A stretch of DNA of 64,000 bases. Source: Octopus vulgaris. Lineage: Eukaryota. A program made the position numbers and the translations under genes. Positions 52,976 through 64,000 of this stretch are shown piece after piece (the stretch's first letter is position 1; every line of letters starts with the position of its first letter). Location of the stretch: the NCBI GenBank assembly GCA_951406725.2, contig OX597817.1, positions 28,396,001-28,460,000 of the forward strand. Reading direction: 5' to 3'. The notes under the pieces are model-generated. The model searched no databases, was not told the DNA's origin, and saw only the letters and a program-made list of their open reading frames with translations.

Positions 52976-53559
52976 AAGTCACAGGTGTCGGAGAAAGTGT
53001 ATAATGCTAATAAAGTTGGAACGTACACAAGTAAAATAAGCAAAATATTGTGTATACAATAGTAAAAGTAGGGATTCATGTTCTGAACATTGAATGATAA
53101 GAAATATAATGCAAGTAATATGTATTAAGAAATGAAAGTATTAGTATTTCACTTTCTGGAAATTTGAAATGTTTCAATTTTCTTTTTGAAGTTGAAAATA
53201 TAAAAACAGGCATAAGCAAAATATACATGGTCACCATTTGAATTGAAACAATGTGAAGTGAGAGTACTCACACTTGCTTTATGTCATTTCTTCTGCCCTT
53301 GCACTTTTCTTTATTCTCCTATATTATCTTTTGCTCTCTCACTTTCTCCTCCCTTGTGCAGTTGTGCAGCTTAGACCTTTTCAGTTTGTAGATTAATTTA
53401 GAAACTTAAGTTGTCTCATAATCCAAATTGAATATCCAAGAGTCAAAAAACTAAGCTAAATTGTCTAATTTTGATTGGAATACCTTTTGGTTTTTATCAG
53501 TAGTACAAAATAATTGTCATTTTACTTCAGTTACATGACTCTTGCTTCATGCCTCTCTC

Positions 53560-53614
<55 letters not shown>

Positions 53615-56579
53615 GTGTGTGTGTGTGTGTGTCAGTTGATTTTATCGTATTACTCTATCTGATTAATACTCGCCATGTGAAAACTATCAGTGTTGCATTT
53701 TCTAAAAGTTAATACTTGGCTATCTTTCGGCAAACCATATCCAATTTGAAAGAATTGCATCTTATCAGTACAATGTCAGACTTCAGAGCTTTATGTTCCA
53801 CTCTCTTTCTTTGCTACATTCCATTGTTTGTTAGCGTGCACGAGGGGGTGATGGCTATGGAACAAAATCAATAAGATAAATTAGTATTGTACCACGACAA
53901 GTAGTGACAACCACTTCCAATTCCAAATAGAAATCAAAATGAAAGCGTCTGACATCTTCAGCTTGTGTGTTGCTTGTCGAAAACATTTATACACGTTTTA
54001 ATTTAACTTTACCACATAGCTGGAGCTAAACTAAGCTTCAATTGATTTGCTGTCGGACAATTTATAACTTCGACACGGTATTCCCAAACTTCCTGATTCC
54101 GTGACCTAAAATAGAATGTAAATTTACACGAGATTCCCGCCCAGTCCTTTCGAAGCTATTCATTATTATATTTTTTCATTAGAATTGGCATGAAAGAAAG
54201 AAAGTATATGTCTACTTTCAACGGAAAAATTCCAGCCCCTACTTTACACACACACACATAGGACAAACTCTGACATACACATAGAGAAACTCTGAAATAT
54301 TACAACCTGTCACAAGAATGCAGACGACACTCTCTGAAGATGAACTGCTATTGAAGACAGTTTGTTTGAATAGTTTTATTCTTTTTGTTTGAATTTATCT
54401 TCTGTGTTCAAAGCAGTAAAGTTTTTGGCCGTTCTGTTTAGTTATTTTTACGCTTTTGAAAAGCAAGAAGAAACTTGTTTTATTATCTATTTTTGTGGGA
54501 TAAATACATCCTTCATGCGACACACACATACACTCACACACATACAAATACATACATACACACACATACATACATACAGATAGAGGGAGAGACACACACA
54601 CAGGCATGGCTCTGTGGTTAAGAAATTCCTTTCACGATATTTGTGATTCCAGAGTGAACCTTGGTATGGCATCTTGGACAAGGGTCTTCTGCTGTAGTCT
54701 TGTGCTAATCAATGTTTTGTGAGTGAAATTTCGTAGATGGAAACTATGCAGAAGCACATCATATATGTCAGTATGTGTGGAACAATGTAGCTGCTATTTC
54801 TAGGACATATACATACATGAATATGCTATTAGTTGTTATTGTTTAGCCACAGGTCAGTGCTGATCCAGCAGATCCAGTATGAAAAGCATTATGTCCATGA
54901 CAACCCCATAATTTTCAGGCTACTTAACCCAGGCTTCATTAGACAATGTCTTTTAGAAAATGGTAAGGCATGATATTAGGGAGTATTTTTCTTAAAAAAA
55001 GAGACAAAATGGTCACAGTTGGAATGCTTTAAAAAAGGATAGGATGGTGATGTTTGAGGTATTTTTAAAAACGTGATGGTCATGTTTGGAATATTCTTAA
55101 AAAGTACTGCATGTTTTCTGCGTGCCTGTACACACAGATATTCATGCTTCACTGCTTATCAAAGGTTATCACCTTTGAACATTTTCTGTTTTTGCTTCTT
55201 AACTACCCTAGATATCAATAAAATGAATAAGTACCAAGCATAAAACTAAGAATTGGAGTTGTTAGAATCAACTTTACCTTTCATGTCAGTGCCCCAGCAT
55301 GCTGCAGTCTAATGAAGTAAAAAGTAAAAGAATAAAAAACAATATAGATTCTTATCTAGTGGTTTAAAAGTACTACTACCGGTTGTCCATATGCTAATTA
55401 TAAGATTTCCTCTGTGTGTGTGTGTGTATGTTCACAGGTATATGTGTATTTATGTATATCTGTACATATATATTATGTGTATGTATATATCTGTACATAT
55501 ATATTATGTGTATGTGTGTATATGTCTGTATGTATGAATTTTGCATAACAAATGCATGAACATGTATAAATATAAAATTTTATACAATATATATATATAT
55601 ACACAATATATATATTAAGTAATATCTATATATACTATATATATATATATTATGTAATACCTATCTGTTTGTGTGTTAGTAGTGCAGTATTTGGTGTGCT
55701 AACAAGACATCCTTATTAAGATTACCTTTTGGTATTACTACTTCCCTCTTTAATAATTAATATTTGTATGTACATACATACATAATATATATATATATAT
55801 ATATATTATAACTTTGAGAATTTTTATCTTGAAACATTCTTCTTTGAAGCATTATTAAAAAAGAAATTTCTATATATCTTGCTATATTTTTATCATAGAA
55901 CAGCAATGGATATATCTGAGGTTTAAATCACCTTTGACGTAACTCTGGCAATTACATTTCTTTCATTTTGCTAAACTTGCAATAGATCCATATTTTCCTA
56001 AATCTTTTCGTTATAACAACACTGCTTTACATATATTTTTTCTGTTTTCTTTTTTTTCTTTTTCAAGTTAAAATATTTTGAATCTGTGCAGTTGATCATT
56101 TCCTAAATTCCATATATTCTAGTAGTAGCTATTTATATAAACTTTGCTTACTACTAATACTAAATTCTTCAGGGCAATATATAAATAAATTTCAAAATAT
56201 TTCCATATGATTTTAACCATATGAATATATTTGACTAAAGTATTAAAGTATTCCAATAAATTAGTTGTGCACTGTAATCGATCATTAAAAATGATAGTGC
56301 ACTAACACCTCTAATTAGAATATCTTGATTTTATTTCAATTTGGACATAAAGAAATGGTTGACTGGAACTAGAGGTTATTAATAAAATAATATCAGATTG
56401 GAGCTGTTCATCCGTGGTCATTTTCTTTTCCAAATGAAATCATTAATTCTATGTAAGAAATTATTTCTAGCCTTGTTCTAATTATATAGAGTTAATTCAT
56501 ATGCTTTGTGGTGCATTACTTACTGGTTTGTTCTGATTGTAGTAGATAGAAATGCAATGATAACAATAAATAGAAATAT

Positions 56580-56812
56580 GCATAAAAGCACCATCCGAAT
56601 GTGGTCGATGCCAGGCCCACCTGACTGGCTGCTGTGCCAGTGGCACGTAAAAAGCACTCACTACACTCTTGGAGTGGTTGGCGTTAGGAAGGGCATCCAA
56701 CTGTAGAAACATTGCCCAAACAGATTGGAGCCTGGTGCAGCCGCTGGCTTTCCCGACCTCAGTCAAATTGTCCAACCGATGCCAGCATGGAAAACAGACG
56801 TTAACTGATGAT
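56580..56812 (+). mobile_element. RTE-type 3' tail repeat
   Basis: GGCGTTAGGAAGGGCATCC..TGCCAGCATGGAAA..(GAT)n; second copy at 57982-58142. Confidence 0.65.
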
Positions 56813-57654
56813 GTATGTATGTGTGTGTGTGTATATATATATATATATGTGTGTGTGTATGTATGTGTGTGTGTGTGTATGTATGTGTATATGTATATAT
56901 GAGTGTGTATATGTATATATTTGTATGTGTGTGTGTATATATATATGTGTGTGTATATGTATATGTGTGTATATTTGTATGTATATTTACACACATATAC
57001 ATACCAAAGAATTTTCTTCAACATCATTATTTTCTCAAGTTGCTTTCTGGTGGTTTATGTGAAAATGCCATACCTGTTAATTGTATAATATATATGCATA
57101 CTCACATATATAGATGGTGGTAGAAATGGCGGGTTTGGATGAACCCCAAACATGTAATCAGGCCTGGATCAAACCTCAATTAATATGTTTTTAGGGTTGC
57201 TAGGAAAGAGAGCATCTCAGTGGCAAACTCCCTTTATAATCAAGATGCAAATAATTAAATACTATAGTTGAAAATAAAATGCATTGGAAATTTGCATATT
57301 TTCTTGTTCCTGTTGTAAGTGAATTATTTGCTCGTTTTTACTTAATGCTGCTTATTATTAGATAAATAGAAATTTTTAGAAAAGGTTTAATCTTTAATTT
57401 TGTTATTTCACCAGCAGCATTTAAGTCTTGTTAATGATGAGGCGGGGGCAAAAAGGTGTACCAGTGTTAGGCTGTCAGCTGCTTTTAATATGCCACACAC
57501 AGACGCACACATGTATATATATATTTCAAAACACCACTAGAATGGGAGAAAGCACTAATGGTCTAAGTGATATGATATATATATATAAAAAAATGTAATA
57601 TACAAATAAATATCTGTAAATATAAACCATCCGATCTTCTGAGTACCTCATTTC

Positions 57655-57708
<54 letters not shown>

Positions 57709-57756
57709 AAATATATAGGCACAGATTTGCACATACATAAGTATGTATGTGTGTGT

Positions 57757-58328
57757 ATTCTTTTATTCTTTTACTTGTTTCAGTCATTTGACGGTGGCCA
57801 TGCTGTAACACTGCCTTTAGTAAAACAAATCGACCCCAGGACTTATTCTTTGTAACCCTAGAACTTATTCTATAGGTCTTTATTGCTGAACTGTTAAGTT
57901 ATGGAGACGTAAACGCACCAACATCGGTTGTCAAGTGATGGTGGGTGGGGACAGACACAGACACAAATATATACATGTATATACACTCTCAGAGTGGTTG
58001 GTGTTAGGAAGGGCATCCAGCTGTAGAAACCTTGCCTGATCGGATTGGAGCCGGGTGCAGCCTTCTAGCTTGCCAGCCCTCAGTCAAACAGTCCAACCCA
58101 TGCCAGCATGGAAAGCAGACGTTAAACGACGACGATGATGATATATATATATATATATATATATATGCATACGATGGGCATCTTTCAGTTTCTGTCTACC
58201 AAATCCACTCAAGGCTTTCATCAGCCTGAGGCTATAATAGAAGACACTTACCTAAGGTCCCATGCAGTGGGACTGAACCTAATCATGTGGTTGGGAAGCA
58301 AGCTTCTTACCACACAGCCATGCCTGCA
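57757..58328 (-). mobile_element. SINE family A with a nested RTE-type tail (57982-58142, plus strand) in its microsatellite
   Basis: Homology on both sides of the insert. Confidence 0.8.
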
Positions 58329-59051
58329 CCTCTGTGTGTGGTTATGATATACTTATGGATATCTTCAGATTTACAAACAAAGGAAAAGAATACATATAAT
58401 AGGCTTCATTCATTTATTCAAACTTGCGACACTCTTATTTCCCTATGCAGAGTTTCGCATCTTGTTTTTTTTTTTTCATATTCAAATACAAATTGGTACA
58501 CGCAGTATGCACATGCATTATATGTATTTTGTATAAAAATTAGGGAAGCTTTTCTAAACCTTTTTTTTTTTTTTTTTTGCAAACTTTCTTAAAAGTAGCC
58601 TTATGATATTTTTTTTTTACTTATTTGGATTTAAAAGAACTTCGATGTATTTTTTTTTCAATGCAAAACAAACTATTTAAAAATATATCTTAGGCAGCAA
58701 AAAAAAAAAAAAAAAGTAAATCTAAAGGTGTCGTGATGTACATGTTTTTCAATACCAGATGAGTTATATGCATTTATGTAATATATCAGAGTGTGACATA
58801 GTTTTGAAATATATTTCCCATTGCTTTTATACATTGTATATAAATATGCATGACTATCCATTGGATTAAATTATCTTATATACATGAAAAGAAGTGCATA
58901 TGTATGTATGTATGACTGCTTCTGAGTTTGTGAAGAAAAAGTATACATGTTTTGAGTGGGTGTGTAAAACATATACTCTGGAAGGCATGAATCTTTGTGT
59001 AAAATTTGTACTAGAGATTACTTTATATACTCTCTCTATATATATATATGA

Positions 59052-59090
<39 letters not shown>

Positions 59091-59468
59091 AGAATATGTC
59101 CATTTTTTTATATATTAGTGTAGCATGATAACACACTTGCATCTGCACTTAGAAATGTAATCATCCAAACTTGTTTGAGAAATGTGTAACATTCTATGTG
59201 TGTAGTGTATCCGTCTACAGTGAATGCTTATCTTTAAATAAAATTATATGTATCTGCACCTTTGTATATGTGTGTATATTTATACCCCCCCACACACACA
59301 CACATTAATGGAGGTCACAAAAGTGATGGTGGGTGCTGACTAGCACCACTTATGCTAAAATAAGAGTTCAATTAACAAAACGTCCCCAGCATATATAGCC
59401 GTATCGTGACCTCTATTAATTTTGGCATTAGGTTCTAATTGCTAACAAGACCCCCACCTTTAATTTAT

Positions 59469-59502
<34 letters not shown>

Positions 59503-59761
59503 CAATTGCAGCGAGGAAGGTGTTTATAAGCCATTTAAAAACATGCAAAAACCATTAGATTCACTTCAACATTTAAATTTAATTTGTCAGGCTATTTTTG
59601 TCGTTTTGAAACCATGAACTGTTCACAGACAAAATTCCATGCTGCAGGTCGCAGTTTCAAAGTGATGAAAATATTATGACTAATTAAATTTAAATGTTGA
59701 AGTGAATCTAACGGTTTTTGTGTTTTTAAATGGCTTATAAACACCTTCCACTCTGCAGTTG
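59503..59761. repeat. Imperfect foldback (about 115-bp arms) next to (TA)n
   Basis: GGAAGGTGTTTATAAGCCATTTAAAAAC / GTTTTTAAATGGCTTATAAACACCTTCC. Confidence 0.85.
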
Positions 59762-59837
59762 TTTTTATTTCAGCACACGATCTTAAAGCAAGTCACTTGC
59801 TATGCAAGTACATCTCCATAATATATATATATATATA

Positions 59838-60045
59838 TACAAGATGGGTACTGAAAAGTTCCTGGCCTTAAAGATATTGCGAAAGACCTGGTTGGAGGCC
59901 CAACCTTCTGACATTCTTTACAAGGCTTAGAAAAACTGAAGGATTGTTGCAATAAGTGTGTGAATATATTGAATAAAATCATAATTAACTGGTCCTCGTG
60001 TCTTTTCTTTTGCCCAAAGCCAGGATTTTTTCAGCACCCCTTGTG
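59838..60045. mobile_element. Mariner-derived MITE, copy 2
   Basis: Homologous to 18654-18860. Confidence 0.7.
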
Positions 60046-61512
60046 TGCGTGTGTTTATACATTTATATATACACACACACATATATATGATGCCCTTTTT
60101 GATGCCAACCACTATACAGTGTACTAAGTTCATGTTTATTGTGACTCCAACACTGGATAGACAGTCCTATCCTCAACACAAAAGGACTATTTTTACATAG
60201 GTTGGGAGGTCTTCACAAGTCATGATCCTTGATCATCATCATCGTCGTCCTGTAATCTGTCCATTATCCATGCTGGCTGAAATTCAGGTCTTAAGATTAG
60301 TTTTCACATTTTGTCCCCGTTTCCATCCACCTGGAGAGCATTATACAACTGGCATTCCCTTTATGCATCACACATCATTATCATTACAGTCTCCTCTGTT
60401 GCGTACTACATCTAATTCTACTTATATCCATCCAGTTTTTTTCTCAGCTTATTTTGTGCTGGTGTTCATATTCATATCACCACACTTTTTTGTGCCTTTC
60501 ACTATGTTTTCACATTCAAAGCCTGAATCACACTGTCATGCAGCATTGCACTTAGTACGTGCACAAGTTGTTGGTGAAATATCGAATTAAATTTGAATAA
60601 ATTATATGAAATAATGATGCAGTTGAAATATGTAAATATTGTTATATTATCTACTTATATTTACTATAAAAATGACTATTTCTTAATAATTGTTTCTTTG
60701 GTGTGGTGTTAAATTTCGTGGTGAATTTATTTAGGAAGTAAATTTTATCCCTTTGTCTATAGATAAAATATATTCCTTCAAACTGATGCTCATTGTCTCA
60801 ATGATTTGATTTAAAAACTAATCAGAGTTGTCTTGGTGTTGATAAAATAAACAGCAATATGCTATTTAGGTTAGTTATTCTCTTCATTTAACTGTATACA
60901 CACACCTCCGTTGAATTGGAGTTACTGAAATTAATTTTAATTTCTTTTACAATTGACCAAGAGACAAAATTAGTATCGTTTGCCACAGCTATCACTACTA
61001 CCTTTAATTAGGGAAAAATTTAAATTGTGAAGTTTAAAATAATTAAAATAATCAAACAATAATCAAAACCTGCAATAATGCATAATAAACAATAACAATT
61101 AGTTTGTGTAATCAAGAGTGAAAGAAAAAAAAACAACTTTAAATTGTTTTCTAAAAATATTTTTCTTAACTTTCTTTAAATGCAAAATTTCTTATAATTG
61201 TTGGGAAGAATGTAATGAGATGGATCAAGTGATTATTTATAATTGAATTGATTGGTTGTTACAAGTGAAACTTCATTTTGTTGAAAATTATTTGCTGAAA
61301 GTGTTCAGTTATTGTTTCAGAGTGCCATCATTTCATTTAGATAAAAATGCACTTTCTGTAAAATATTTGTGTTTTTACTTCATAAATATGAATTTATAAG
61401 ATACTACTGTTTTAATATTCTGATTGTATATTGCATGCATGTGCCCTATATTAAATTTTAAGTTACTTTATAGTATAAGATGATTTTTTAAAAATTAGTT
61501 TAAAATTCAGAA

Positions 61513-61950
61513 GGTGTGGCTGTTTGATTTAAGAAGTTTGCTTCCCAACCACATGGTCCTGGGTTCAGTCTCGCTGCATGGCACCTTGGGCAAGTGTCTT
61601 CTACTATAGCCTTGAGTCAAACAAAACCTTGAATGAATTTGTTTGACAGAAACTGAAAGAAGATCATCATACATACACATACATACATATATATGTGCAT
61701 GTGTGTGTGTGTATATTAGTATTAATAATAATAATGAGTATGGAGACTTGTACCATCAGACACACTGCTTGACAAGCATTGTTGGTGTGTTTATGTCCCC
61801 ATAACTTAGCAGTTTGGCAAGAAGAGACAAATAGAATAAGTACCAAGCTTTAAAAAAATTTCAAGTGCTGAGATCAATTCCTTTGGCTAAAAATTCCTCA
61901 AGATGGTGCCCCAGGATGGCTGCAGTCTAAATAAATTGAAACAAGTAATA
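61513..61950 (+). mobile_element. SINE family A, old copy
   Basis: Homology. Confidence 0.8.
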
Positions 61951-62599
61951 TATAATATAAAAACAGATATGCTGTATAACATCACTCATAGATAATTGTT
62001 GATATTTTCTTAGTTTTTTTTTTATTATTTCATATTTCTCAAAACTTTGAGTAATTTTTGCTTCTGATTTTACAAATAGATTATACAATTATATTGATTG
62101 AACAGTATTATTTTTTAGTCATAGAATGTTAGACCTTTGGGGAATACGAGAGAGAAGATGAGTTGATTTTTACATGGAATTAGCAATGTAAATAATATTA
62201 AGAACTATGACTTGAAATTAAAACTAAATTGTTTAAAGATTACCATTACACTATGGTATTTATTGAAGTTAAAAAAAAACTGTTTCTGGCACAATGTTTT
62301 GAGTTGCATGGTTGTTTGAAATGTTTACTATATGAGAAAATGTATAATTACTTAAACTATATTCTTGTTATTAATGACTAAGCTATTCCTGAGTATGCTC
62401 ATAGCATAATGATATCATTAAACTTATTGAGAGAATTTGTAGTCAACATGTCTGATGGTCTAGTTTTGCTTCAAATACTGCTGCTCACTCTAAAGATTTG
62501 TAATTAGCTATTGGTACTGTATAGAGCACAGTAAGGCAGATAATGATTCCAGGCAGTTTTGATAGTGTTTCTTACAACAAAACAGCATTTATTAAAGAT

Positions 62600-63110
62600 T
62601 GTTTTTGATATTCCTTTCTTTCTTTAGGTGCCATGTCCAGAATGTAGGACATAGGCGATCATGTCCTGCCACGATTTTCTTTATTTTCTGTAACAGTTCC
62701 CCTTCCTGGAGTTTAATGCCTCTTTCTCCCAACCAGTTTGTCAAGCTTGACATTCTTATCATCTTTCTCCTTCCTCTGCTTTTTTTTATCTTCAAATTTT
62801 CTGGTCATTGCTAAATTCTCCAGGCCTTCTTTCCTCATCACTTAAATCTTAGTTTCCTATTTACTGCAGCCCAGGTCATCACTTCATTAGACACTTTGTC
62901 TGTCTATGCTATCCCCAATATTCTACTCAAGAACCACATTTCACAGCTCCTCAAACACCTTCTTGTTTTTAATGCTATAGATCTTGCTTCCATTAACACA
63001 GGATAGGCATAACAGTTCAGTATATGGAACAGAGTACAGTTTCTCAAGGTGTTATACAATTTGGGGAGTGCAAATTTTGCCAGCATTATTTGTCTTTGAG
63101 ATCCTACACA
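62600..63110 (-). mobile_element. RTE-clade LINE ORF2 3' fragment
   Basis: YPVLM..LRSCEMWFLSRILGI..TDKVSNE..KSRGRRK motifs. Confidence 0.72.
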
Positions 63111-63472
63111 CATCTTATGTCTTCATGATCAAAATTCCAATGATGTGATATAGAAGCAGTATTCAGAATATGTTTTTCTCCTGCAGGAGAGGCAGAAAAG
63201 GATGGGCACAATCGAGATAGAATTTTGGAGTATGTTGAAACAGTCTTCCGGCATACATATTTACATGTGAAAGAATGTGGCTGCATAGGGGCTGTACGAT
63301 GATATCAAGGATAGTAGATTTCACATGTTTGAAGTAATGCCACTAAATGTAAAGTTTTCTGGGCTTTTAACTTGTAAATATTAAAATTACAAAACCTTCT
63401 TTAATTTCAGTATAACTGATCAAGATTTATAGAATCAGTTGAATTACTCCATGCAATTCATTTCTTATTATA

Positions 63473-64000
63473 CAAGGTGGTCCAAAAGTCTTAATACTCC
63501 CTACATATTGTTTATTATTGTCATTATTATCATTATTTTTTTATTTTAACACAAGCCCCACATGTAATGATTTGGGCCATCACATCAAGTACCTAGTAGG
63601 ACCCTATTTTTTCAAGGGCGTTGTTAACCAACGATCTTACTTGGTCATGTTAAGGGAGTGATTTGTTCCACAACTCCCAAGGTTGAATATTGACCTGAAT
63701 GATTGTTGGTTTCAACAAGATGGTTCCCTACCCCACTATGCTATTCACTGTCCAAGAATACTGAAATGAAGTTTTGCAGGATAGATGGATAGGGCAAGGA
63801 TCTCAACAACTTCCAGCACCTGTCGATTGGCCTCCCAGAAGTCCAGACCTCACGTCTTGCGATAATGCTCTGTGGGATATTATTATCAAGGAGAGAGTTT
63901 CACATGAACGATACCAGAATACCCTTCTGTTGAAGGACGCTGTTCAGAGAGCCTTTGAAGCAATCATTAATGCACAGCTTCGAAAAATATCACATAGGAC
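63473..64000 (+). mobile_element. Tc1/mariner-superfamily transposase remnant, runs off the window
   Basis: TA|CAAGGTGGTCCAAAAG TIR-like start; VGPYFF, WFQQDG..PHYA, DWPPRSPDLTSCD..LW. Confidence 0.85.

Overview
AT-rich, microsatellite-dense eukaryotic DNA with no host protein-coding gene that I can support. The repeat repertoire resembles coleoid cephalopod (Octopus-like) genomes; this is inference from recalled repeat families, not a database result. Nearly all ORFs in the supplied track are microsatellite or SINE artefacts. Real content: (i) a young Ty3/Gypsy LTR retrotransposon on the minus strand (23784-28610) with a CACG TSD, full 3' LTR, PPT, gag/pol -1 frameshift signal and a deletion removing most of the 5' LTR, the PBS and the gag N-terminus; (ii) about 30 tRNA-type SINE copies of three families; (iii) fragments of Tx1, R4/Dong-like, CR1 and RTE LINEs, mariner/Tc1 transposases, MITEs, non-autonomous Helitrons and two solo-LTR-like copies; (iv) several minimal hammerhead ribozymes in (TA)n-embedded Penelope/retrozyme-like inserts. 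Two candidate novel systems stand out. One is a 401-bp circularly permuted hammerhead element (44321-44762). The other is a SINE carrying a Tx1-LINE 3' tail that builds tandem arrays at one fixed site inside its own head. All coordinates and alignments were done by eye.
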